The position numbers and the translations under genes are program-made. A stretch of DNA of 64,000 bases from Candidatus Terrybacteria bacterium RIFCSPHIGHO2_01_FULL_48_17 (lineage in GTDB: Bacteria > Patescibacteriota > Minisyncoccia > Terrybacterales > 2-01-FULL-58-14), in NCBI GenBank assembly GCA_001822835.1, contig MHSS01000008.1, forward strand, positions 9,039 through 73,038. The letters are read 5' to 3'. This document shows positions 55,854-64,000 of the stretch, one piece after another; the first letter of the stretch is position 1; the number at the start of each line of letters is the position of its first letter. A model generated the notes under the pieces. It was not told the origin of the DNA. It ran no database searches and saw only the letters and a list, made by a program, of their open reading frames with translations.

Positions 55854-56420
55854 ATGGCACAAACTGATATCGTACCCTATACAAACCGCCGTATTCGACG
55901 GAAAGGCGAAGCGCTTCCAAAATCCACAGATGTTGCCGTGCTTGTTGAACAAATGAGAAAAGCCATGAAAATACATGATGGTATTGGTATTGCGGCACCG
56001 CAAATTGGCGAGGCGGTACGAGTTTTTATAATAGAAAAAAAGCTTTTCCCCGGCGCCGATCTCCCATCAGACGTGTTTATCAACCCCAAAATACTAAGAA
56101 AGGGATTTAAACGAGAGATCTCGGAAGAAGGATGTCTTTCGGTGCCCAACGTATTCGGACAGGTTTCGCGAAGCCTAAAAATTACCATTGAGGCCTTCGA
56201 TCAAAATTGGAAAAGGTTTCGTCTATCCACGCAAGAACTTCTTGCGCGAGTCCTGCAACACGAACTTGACCATCTTGATGGAACGCTTTTTATTGATAAA
56301 GCAGACGCCGATACGCTACATGAGGTGGTATATGACAAAGAAGGAAAACCGACATTGCGTCCTTGGACGCAAAAATCCAAAATCCAAAATCCAAATGATA
56401 AAACAAATTCTAATTTCTAA
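55854..56420 (+). CDS. def: Peptide deformylase
   Basis: GIGIAAPQIG, EGCLS, QHELDHLDG. Confidence 0.95.
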   Translation: MAQTDIVPYTNRRIRRKGEALPKSTDVAVLVEQMRKAMKIHDGIGIAAPQIGEAVRVFIIEKKLFPGADLPSDVFINPKILRKGFKREISEEGCLSVPNVFGQVSRSLKITIEAFDQNWKRFRLSTQELLARVLQHELDHLDGTLFIDKADADTLHEVVYDKEGKPTLRPWTQKSKIQNPNDKTNSNF

Positions 56421-56488
56421 AACGGACGGGTGTTAATAAATTTTTGATTTTGATATTGTTTTGGATTTTGAGCTTTGAAATTTGAATC
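56371..56488. repeat. Inverted pair of 7-nt arrays across def 3' end
   Basis: aaaatcc x3 aaatgat ... ttggatt ttgagct ttgaaat ttgaatc. Confidence 0.75.
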
Positions 56489-56489
56489 T

Positions 56490-57413
56490 ATGACAAACAT
56501 TGTTTTTTTCGGCACTCCGCATTTTGTCATTCCCGTTCTTGAAACGCTGGTTTCCCTTCCCTATCGTTTGGCGGCTGTAGTAACGGTTCCTGATAAACCG
56601 CAAGGCAGAAAACAAGGCCTTGTTCCGCCGCCGGTAAAAGAGTGGGCACAAAACCATACCATTATTGCGTTTCAACCAGAAAAGCTCGATGGCATATTCG
56701 TCGCTACATTACAAAAACTCAACCCGACCATTGGCATAATTGCTGCATATGGATGCATAATTCCCAAGTCCGTGCTTGATGTTTTTCCAAAGGGCGTGCT
56801 CAACATTCATCCCTCACTGCTTCCCCGCTGGCGTGGACCCTCTCCTGTTCAAACGGCGATTGCTGCCGGCGATACTACGACGGGTGTATCCATTATGCTG
56901 ACAGATGAGTATATGGATCATGGGCCAGTACTTATACAGCAGGAAACCGCTCTTAACGGAACAGAAACCGGGAGCGAGCTTACGGAAAAGCTTTTTCGAT
57001 CAGGCGCAGAACTTTTAAAACAAACGCTGCCCCGTTGGCTTGACGGCAAGATAGTTCCGCGCGAACAAGATCATGCGCAGATGACTTCTACAAAAATACT
57101 TAAACGAGAGAATGGACGTCTTGATTTTTCAAAATCCGCAGAAGAACTTAGGCGGCTCGTACGTGCCTATACGCCCTGGCCCGGCACCTTTTTTGAGCTG
57201 CCAAAAATAGGACGAATAAAAGTCCTCACTGCATGGTTAAAAAAAGAAAAACCCGACAAGCCGCCGGGAACATTCATTAAAACAGACGATGGATTTGCGA
57301 TTGTATGCAAAGAAGAGATGCTATTTCCATCCGTGATACAACAGGAGGGTCGCAAACCCATCTCTGCAAATGTTTTTGCAAAAGGGCATCCGGATTTGTT
57401 TATTGAAGGATAA
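56490..57413 (+). CDS. fmt: Methionyl-tRNA formyltransferase
   Basis: FFGTP.F, PDKP.GR, AAYG, NIHPSLLPRWRGPSP, MDHGP. Confidence 0.95.
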   Translation: MTNIVFFGTPHFVIPVLETLVSLPYRLAAVVTVPDKPQGRKQGLVPPPVKEWAQNHTIIAFQPEKLDGIFVATLQKLNPTIGIIAAYGCIIPKSVLDVFPKGVLNIHPSLLPRWRGPSPVQTAIAAGDTTTGVSIMLTDEYMDHGPVLIQQETALNGTETGSELTEKLFRSGAELLKQTLPRWLDGKIVPREQDHAQMTSTKILKRENGRLDFSKSAEELRRLVRAYTPWPGTFFELPKIGRIKVLTAWLKKEKPDKPPGTFIKTDDGFAIVCKEEMLFPSVIQQEGRKPISANVFAKGHPDLFIEG

Positions 57414-57831
57414 AACCGTCCACCGAGAACGCACCGCCACCCAAAAATACAAGGGCGATGGAGGCCGCAAAAATCACAAGATCAAACTCATATCCCCCCA
57501 CAAGCCCTTGTCGTAATTTTATGGCAAGGGTTGTTCCTATCATTTCAAGAGCAAAAAGTGCTGCAACAAGCGAAGTAAGATATCCAACGAAAAGAAAGAT
57601 GCCTCCCAATACTTCAAGGGTTCCTACAAATACTGCGATCAATATCGGGGCAGGAATACGTAAGGACCTTAAAAATTCTGCGGTCTGCTGCGGCCCCTCA
57701 CCAACCAACTTTGGAAAACCATGCACCACAAAGATAATTCCTAAAACTAACCGCAAAGCCAAGCTTGCAAGCGTCGCCGATTCTGCGGTAATTGGCCCAA
57801 AAATGGTGGGGTCGAGGAGAAGTTGGGGCAC
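57400..57831 (-). CDS. DoxX family membrane protein
   Basis: LRLVLG.IF..HG..KL, E.LGG....G, GYEFDL, GGGAFSVD. Confidence 0.9.
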   Translation of the reverse strand: MPQLLLDPTIFGPITAESATLASLALRLVLGIIFVVHGFPKLVGEGPQQTAEFLRSLRIPAPILIAVFVGTLEVLGGIFLFVGYLTSLVAALFALEMIGTTLAIKLRQGLVGGYEFDLVIFAASIALVFLGGGAFSVDGFILQ

Positions 57832-57842
57832 AGGGTTAAAAT

Positions 57843-57937
57843 ATCTAATTAGCTTAATTGATCTAATTGATCTAACATGGATTTCGGAAATTGATAAATT
57901 AGGATTTCTTTAGAGTAATTAGAAATTAGGTCAATTC
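57843..57937. repeat. Inverted array of degenerate 9-nt repeats
   Basis: ctaattagc ttaattgat ctaattgat ... ttagagtaa ttagaaa ttaggtcaa. Confidence 0.65.
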
Positions 57938-58561
57938 TCGAAATGGAATTTGCGGAACGGGGATTTCGACAGGAACGGAAGAGAGCTGTTTGAAAATTTC
58001 GGCGTCAGAAGGCTTCCCTACTACAAAACCATAATGCATGGGGATTGCGCGCTGCGCTTGTATTTTTTGGGCCGCTTCTGCGGCTTCTTTTGCATCCATG
58101 GTGTAGGTGCCGCCGATAGGCAAAAGCGCGGTTTGAGGCGCTAAATCTTCCATTTCAGGAATCAAGTCCGTATCCCCTGCATGATACCATTTCTGGCCAT
58201 CAATTTCGATAACATAACCCACCCAATTGTTCTTTTTTGGATGGAAGGATTTATCAATATTATATGCAGGCACCGCCTTAATCCCCGAGCCCATAACTTC
58301 TTGCTCCTCTCCTGGTGCAATGGCGAGCGCCCCTTCTCCCAATTCTTCCGCAACGTCTGCTGGCGCAACAATAATCGTTTTATCGGTCCGCAGTCGGTTA
58401 ATCGTTGCCGTATCAAAATGGTCGTAGTGCGCATGGGTAATTAAAATCGCATCTGCTTTCGGCTCTCCATCCGGTACCTCCCATGGATCAATATAAAGAA
58501 GCTTGCCTCCTGGAAGATCAAAACGGAAACTGGATTGTTTGTACCAGAGAACTTCGTTCAT
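57926..58561 (-). CDS. Metallo-beta-lactamase fold hydrolase
   Basis: IDP, ITHAHYDH, YHAGDT, PIGG.YTM, IPMHY. Confidence 0.9.
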   Translation of the reverse strand: MNEVLWYKQSSFRFDLPGGKLLYIDPWEVPDGEPKADAILITHAHYDHFDTATINRLRTDKTIIVAPADVAEELGEGALAIAPGEEQEVMGSGIKAVPAYNIDKSFHPKKNNWVGYVIEIDGQKWYHAGDTDLIPEMEDLAPQTALLPIGGTYTMDAKEAAEAAQKIQAQRAIPMHYGFVVGKPSDAEIFKQLSSVPVEIPVPQIPFRELT

Positions 58562-58568
58562 ATGCTAA

Positions 58569-59711
58569 TCATTTATATGATACCAAATTCGACACCCTTA
58601 ATCCAAGCAGACGAATTTTCTTATGCTGCGGGTTTTCGCGGCGATCAAGAAACGGCAAAAGAAGCGCCATGCCGACCCGTTCAAGCACTGCTGTGCTCTT
58701 CTCTGCTTGTGGTAATGTCTTTGCGCGCGTTTTCGTGATAAATCCTTCGGACCGTATTTTTAACTCAATGGTTCTAAATGATATGTTTTCTTCTTTTGTA
58801 TCCCTTGCAACCATTGCCGCCAGTTTTTTTATTGTTGCAATTAACTCTTGCGCATCAAAAGTATCCTCATCAAACGTATGCTCGCGGCCTATAGATTTTG
58901 TTTCGTGAAATTCCCTTACAGGCCGATTATCCTTGCCGCGCGCTGCAGTATATATGCCTTCTCCCCATTTCCCAAACCATGCGATAAGATTGTCACGCGA
59001 GATTTTTCGAAGCGCCGCAACCGTACGAATTCCTCTTTTCTCAAACAGTAAATTTGCTTTAGGACCAATGCCGGGAATTTTCAAAACCGGCATAGGATCC
59101 AAAAATTCTTGTACTTTTTCCGGTGGCACCACAGTCAAGCCGTCTGGTTTTTTGAAGTCCGAAGCAATTTTTGCCACCAATTTATTTGGCCCGATCCCAA
59201 TGGAACAAATCAGCTTAGTTTGTTGCTTTATTTGCCGCTTGATTTCTTTTGCAACTTGCGTTGCTTTCTTCCGCCATTTGGTCATTGGGGTTTGGTCATT
59301 GGGATTTAACTCAATATATGCCTCATCTATCCCTGCCTGCTCAAAATTCTCACTGTATGTACGGATAATTGCCATCACTTTCGTTGATTCGCGCCCATAT
59401 TTCTCAAAGTTCCCTTCAAAAAATATGCACGGCTTGCCGCCTTTCGCTTCCCCTTCCTTACATAATTGCCACGCCTTTGAAATTGGCTGCGCTGAATGAA
59501 CCCCGTATTTACGCGCTGCATAGTTTGCGGTTGAAACCACTCCTCGCCCCGTAGGGCGAAGCTCGCCCCGCGGGGCGGCCCTTACTGCTTTCGGATCGGC
59601 ACCCACCACAACAGGAAAACCCCGAAACGCTGGGTGGTCCCGTTCCTCAACCGCAGCAAAAAATGCATCCAAATCGATATGCAGAACAACACGATCGCTT
59701 GCTTTTTCCAT
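58569..59711 (-). CDS. dinB: DNA polymerase IV (Y family)
   Basis: HIDLDAFFAAVE, STANYAARKYGV.SA, GIDEAY, KIASD..KPDG, IPGIG. Confidence 0.95.
   Translation of the reverse strand: MEKASDRVVLHIDLDAFFAAVEERDHPAFRGFPVVVGADPKAVRAAPRGELRPTGRGVVSTANYAARKYGVHSAQPISKAWQLCKEGEAKGGKPCIFFEGNFEKYGRESTKVMAIIRTYSENFEQAGIDEAYIELNPNDQTPMTKWRKKATQVAKEIKRQIKQQTKLICSIGIGPNKLVAKIASDFKKPDGLTVVPPEKVQEFLDPMPVLKIPGIGPKANLLFEKRGIRTVAALRKISRDNLIAWFGKWGEGIYTAARGKDNRPVREFHETKSIGREHTFDEDTFDAQELIATIKKLAAMVARDTKEENISFRTIELKIRSEGFITKTRAKTLPQAEKSTAVLERVGMALLLPFLDRRENPQHKKIRLLGLRVSNLVSYK
59277..59307. repeat. 7-nt tandem repeat in frame in dinB
   Basis: tttggtc attgggg tttggtc attggga. Confidence 0.75.
59546..59576. repeat. 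GC-rich palindromic insert in frame in dinB
   Basis: GCCCCGt-aGGGCGA-agc-TCGCCCc-gCGGGGC. Confidence 0.65.
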
Positions 59712-59758
59712 AGGGCACCGATATTATAACAAATACACCCAAAAGAAAGGCGGGTGCT

Positions 59759-60268
59759 TTGTCAAACGAAAAACCAATTTCGGATCTTATTCCCTGCGAA
59801 TGTTTCAATGGCCTTGCAAACCAAGAGGTTGATTTCATTTGCGAATTCGGGCCGTGGGTATTGATGCTGAATCACCAGCAAAACTTTCTTGGGAGAACGT
59901 TGGCGATACTAAAACGTCATGCAGTAGATTTTGGGGAAATTACTCCCCACGAGCTTATACCATTGCTTTCAGCATACCGCCATTGGAAAGCAGCGATAGA
60001 TAAGGCATTCAAGCCAGATAAATATAATCTTGCACTGTTAGGGAACGAGGAATATTTACACGGCGGGCATGTACATTTCCATTTTGTGCCGCGCTATCGT
60101 AGGCCCGTCACGTTTGCCAGCGAATCCTTCCAGCATGATACGCCCGAAACCACTACCCAAAACTACTCACGCGTCGACCGAAAACAGATTTATCCCATAA
60201 AAATCAGAAGAAAAATTAAACACAAAATCCTGCGGTCTTGGCCAAAACATCTTGCAATAAAGAAATAA
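59759..60268 (+). CDS. HIT family hydrolase
   Basis: C..C, LKRH, FKPDKYN.A.LGN, HVHFHFVPRY. Confidence 0.85.
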   Translation: MSNEKPISDLIPCECFNGLANQEVDFICEFGPWVLMLNHQQNFLGRTLAILKRHAVDFGEITPHELIPLLSAYRHWKAAIDKAFKPDKYNLALLGNEEYLHGGHVHFHFVPRYRRPVTFASESFQHDTPETTTQNYSRVDRKQIYPIKIRRKIKHKILRSWPKHLAIKK

Positions 60269-60291
60269 TCCGCCCATTCGGCGGATTTTTT
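60267..60291 (+). terminator. Intrinsic terminator
   Basis: AATCCGCC-cattc-GGCGGATT then TTTT. Confidence 0.7.
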
Positions 60292-60318
60292 ATTCCCTAC
60301 TTTCTATTCCCTACTTTA
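60291..60318. repeat. 7-nt tandem repeat on nth stop codon
   Basis: tattccc tactttc tattccc tacttta. Confidence 0.7.
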
Positions 60319-60940
60319 TTGGACATTTCGAATGATCGTGGGGCCGCGCAGGACAATATTGCCTTCCATATTCAATGAGGCAATACGTAAAATCAAACCA
60401 TTCTTTTTTTGGTAAAAGCCGCATAAGATCCCGCTCGATCTTTACTGGATCGTCATTGTTTGTGAAACCAAGTTTTTTTGAAAGTCGGCGGACGTGTGTA
60501 TCAACGGCAATGCCCTCAACCACGCCATAAGCATTACCCAACACAACGTTTGCGGTTTTGCGCGCAACGCCCGGTAATTTTAAAATATCTTCCATAGTAC
60601 GCGGTACTTTCCCGCTAAAATCTTTCTTAATCATTTTTGCAGCCGTAATTATATTACGCGCCTTTGCGCGGTAAAAACCGGTTGACCTTATTTCCTGTTC
60701 AAATTTTTTAGGATTGGCGCGAGCAAAATCATCGACTGTTTTATATTTTTTAAATAGCTTTTCCGTTACTTCATTCACTTTTTTATCTGTGCACTGCGCC
60801 GAAAGGATAACCGCAACCAAAAGTTGAATGTTATTACCGCAACGAAGGGAGATTTTTGCTTTGGGAAAGAGTTTTTTGAGCTTTCGGACAACCTCAAGTA
60901 CTTTTGTCTTGCGTTTTTCATCAATTTTTCTTAGCGTCAT
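60311..60940 (-). CDS. nth: Endonuclease III
   Basis: LLVAVILSAQCTD..VN, LPGVARKTANVV HhH, IAVDTHV. Confidence 0.95.
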   Translation of the reverse strand: MTLRKIDEKRKTKVLEVVRKLKKLFPKAKISLRCGNNIQLLVAVILSAQCTDKKVNEVTEKLFKKYKTVDDFARANPKKFEQEIRSTGFYRAKARNIITAAKMIKKDFSGKVPRTMEDILKLPGVARKTANVVLGNAYGVVEGIAVDTHVRRLSKKLGFTNNDDPVKIERDLMRLLPKKEWFDFTYCLIEYGRQYCPARPHDHSKCPIK

Positions 60941-60944
60941 ACGC

Positions 60945-61325
60945 CTAATAAACCCTAATTACGTTCCCCCCAAGATCAAGCTCTACAAAATGGCGCGCCC
61001 TGCCCTCGCGAAAAGCCGAACATTGGTTTTGCGGGTCATCATCAACGGCTTGCCTAGGTGAATGCGCAATGTCAATAATCCAGTCCGAGAAACGTTCCGC
61101 ATTGTCCAGGCAGGGTCCTTGCGAAAAATCGGTTCCTGTCGTTTGTTTTTGGGAAAAAAGCTCCTTTGCATATGCTGCTACCTGCTCATTTATCGTTGGT
61201 GTAGATTCTGTGCCTCCGGGAGACCGCCTTAAAAGCCATAATCCGGCACCCAAAGCGAACCCAACCAAAAGAATTGCGGTTAAAAGACACGGAAAACACA
61301 CCTTTCTATTATTTTTGACTAACAT
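60945..61325 (-). CDS. Hypothetical membrane-anchored protein
   Basis: N-terminal TM; GPCL, DW.IDIAH.PR, NQC, HFVELD. Confidence 0.7.
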   Translation of the reverse strand: MLVKNNRKVCFPCLLTAILLVGFALGAGLWLLRRSPGGTESTPTINEQVAAYAKELFSQKQTTGTDFSQGPCLDNAERFSDWIIDIAHSPRQAVDDDPQNQCSAFREGRARHFVELDLGGNVIRVY

Positions 61326-61437
61326 AGAAATTATTTTTAGGGAAAAACGCTAGAATTTGAAACATACAACCCAATATGATCAATGCCTCTTTTTGACGAA
61401 ACTCTTATTTTATTATCTTTTACACTATTTCCACGAG

Positions 61438-61446
61438 TTATCCACA
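61438..61446 (+). promoter_or_regulatory. Perfect DnaA box
   Basis: TTATCCACA in a 216-nt AT-rich intergenic gap; 2-mismatch copy TTATCCAAT at 61485. Confidence 0.45.
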
Positions 61447-61541
61447 GCTGATTAAATTTTATTAAATTATCTGCCTAAAAACTCTTATCCAATAAAGGGT
61501 TTTGGACGCCGATCAGCTTTTTCACTATATTAAAGCCCTTG

Positions 61542-62015
61542 CTATACAAGGGCCCTTCGAGGCGGAAGTTCTCCCACCACCTCAATTTTTTTGACTTTAT
61601 TGTCTTCATCGATTCGCGCAATTGCCAAAATAATTTTAAGGTAAGCAAATCGCGAATCTTCCTGCAGCATAACACCTGCACGTGCAAGGTTTGCACGATG
61701 CGCCTGTTCTTCTTTTATAGGATCCCCCATGCCGTACGCCCCGCATTTGTTGTCATGGTCCACCAATACCAAAGCATTGATGTGATGCAATTTCTGGGAG
61801 GTCTCAATATGCCACAACAGAGATTCACGAAGGGCAGGAATTTGCGGCTCAACCAGGGCCTTTGAAACGCCGGCAGCCACCAAAACATCACATTCAACAA
61901 TACCAAGCACGTCTTGAACTAAGCTAATGGCCTGTGGGGCATCTTTTTGGTACAACCGCCAATCCATGCAAAACACTACAGCGGCAGCTATGACATGTGG
62001 TTTTTCGTTAGTCAT
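61542..62015 (-). CDS. Putative beta-class-like carbonic anhydrase
   Basis: CMDWR, AG, H...CGAY zinc-ligand pattern. Confidence 0.7.
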   Translation of the reverse strand: MTNEKPHVIAAAVVFCMDWRLYQKDAPQAISLVQDVLGIVECDVLVAAGVSKALVEPQIPALRESLLWHIETSQKLHHINALVLVDHDNKCGAYGMGDPIKEEQAHRANLARAGVMLQEDSRFAYLKIILAIARIDEDNKVKKIEVVGELPPRRALV

Positions 62016-62088
62016 ATATAACCCTCTTTTCAATTATCCTTCTTTTTGATACATTAAGGATAGTAATTTGTAAAGCGAGAGGATAACA

Positions 62089-62595
62089 ATGGAACGGCTT
62101 GCGGGAAAACCAGTTTCCGATTCGGCATTTGAACACCGGGAACGAGTGTTCCCACATCATTTGAATCCTGGCAATATCCTATATGGCGGCTGGATACCTT
62201 TTTGGGCAGACAGCGTTGCGGCACTCTGCGCCGAGCGACATTGCGGTATACCTATTGTGACTGCCGTAATGGATGGCATTCACCTTTTATGTCCGGTTAC
62301 CAAAAACGATGTGTTGCTCTTTAAGGCATCAGTAAACAGAGTATGGGATAGTTCCTGCGAGGTTGGGGTAAAAATATATGCGGAAAATCCTTATACGCGC
62401 CACCTTCGACACGTCGCAACAGGATATTTTGTTATGGTAAGCATGGCGCTTGGCCCTGACGGAAAACGGATATCTATGCCCAAAGTAATTCCAGAAACAG
62501 AAGACGAAAAACGCCGCTTCAAACAAGCAGCTGTGCGCAATAGAAGGCGAAAAGCGGAACGCAAAAAAATGTTAAAAGAAAATCAAACGGCCTAA
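62089..62595 (+). CDS. Acyl-CoA thioesterase (hotdog fold)
   Basis: VFPHHLN....LYGG.I..WAD, VTA..D, ASVNRV..SSCEVGV. Confidence 0.88.
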   Translation: MERLAGKPVSDSAFEHRERVFPHHLNPGNILYGGWIPFWADSVAALCAERHCGIPIVTAVMDGIHLLCPVTKNDVLLFKASVNRVWDSSCEVGVKIYAENPYTRHLRHVATGYFVMVSMALGPDGKRISMPKVIPETEDEKRRFKQAAVRNRRRKAERKKMLKENQTA

Positions 62596-62604
62596 CGACC
62601 GTTT

Positions 62605-62632
62605 GCCCCGCACAGTATTGTCCGGGGTTTTT
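62605..62632 (+). terminator. Possible intrinsic terminator
   Basis: CCCCG...CGGGG hairpin followed by TTTTT between convergent genes. Confidence 0.45.
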
Positions 62633-62633
62633 C

Positions 62634-63095
62634 TTATTCTTGTTGAATTCCTGTCTGACCACGAGCTTTGCGGCGGCGAGCAACATGGAGCTGCGAAAGT
62701 GCGCGCTCAAATGCTGCGGTTGCCTCTGCAAATTTTTCAGAGTCCGTGGTTTTATATTCCTCCATTGCTTTTTTCGCCCTTTGCCGAGCTTGTTCTGCTT
62801 CTACTTCTTCAATCTCTTCCACGCGCACAGCAGAATCAGCCAAAATAGTTGCACGCGTATCGTGCGGCTCGCCTTTGAGTTCCCTGCGCACCTCCAAAAA
62901 TCCTCCGGCAACGGCGAAATACAGTTCCTCGCCGTCTTTTTTCACGCGCACCTCTCCCGGCGCAACAGGTACAACCAAGGGAATATGGTTATTTAAAATC
63001 GTTAACTCGCCTACTTGCGTCATGGCGGTTACGGAATCAACCTCATCTTTCACAAACTGGCGTTCGGGAGTAGTAATTTCAAAATGGATTTTCAT
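62634..63095 (-). CDS. atpC: ATP synthase F1 epsilon subunit
   Basis: ITTPER, GELTIL.NH.P, AVAGGFLEV, ILADSA. Confidence 0.93.
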   Translation of the reverse strand: MKIHFEITTPERQFVKDEVDSVTAMTQVGELTILNNHIPLVVPVAPGEVRVKKDGEELYFAVAGGFLEVRRELKGEPHDTRATILADSAVRVEEIEEVEAEQARQRAKKAMEEYKTTDSEKFAEATAAFERALSQLHVARRRKARGQTGIQQE

Positions 63096-63105
63096 AACAG
63101 AACGC

Positions 63106-64000
<895 letters not shown>

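Overview
This looks like a 64-kb chromosomal segment from a Patescibacteria/CPR (Parcubacteria-like) bacterium using the standard genetic code. The assignment is inferred from gene content and style: split transketolase, short EF-Ts, F1 ATPase, pilin-like and coiled-coil peptidoglycan hydrolases, and few Shine-Dalgarno sites. Most genes are housekeeping: dnaX, a sufCBDSU operon, a pentose-phosphate/glycolysis cluster, translation genes, murD-ftsW-murG-gltX, a cell-wall glycosylation cluster, priA-def-fmt, dinB, nth and atpC/atpD. The unusual content is non-coding. (1) At 31178-31487 a tRNA-Thr(UGU) gene is broken by three structured insertions in its D, anticodon and T loops. The anticodon-loop insertion contains a second, complete and different tRNA-Thr(UGU), so one tRNA gene is nested inside another, directly upstream of tRNA-Tyr. 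(2) A family of small REP-like hairpins with tandem GA/GA mismatches nests inside itself. Members follow tRNA genes, flank a GIY-YIG nuclease and invade the tRNA. (3) Degenerate 7- and 9-nt tandem repeats are inserted in frame into core proteins (DnaX, MurC, PriA, DinB, a GT2) and sit on many stop codons. No CRISPR array, rRNA, prophage or IS transposase is visible. All calls come from reading the sequence; no searches were run.
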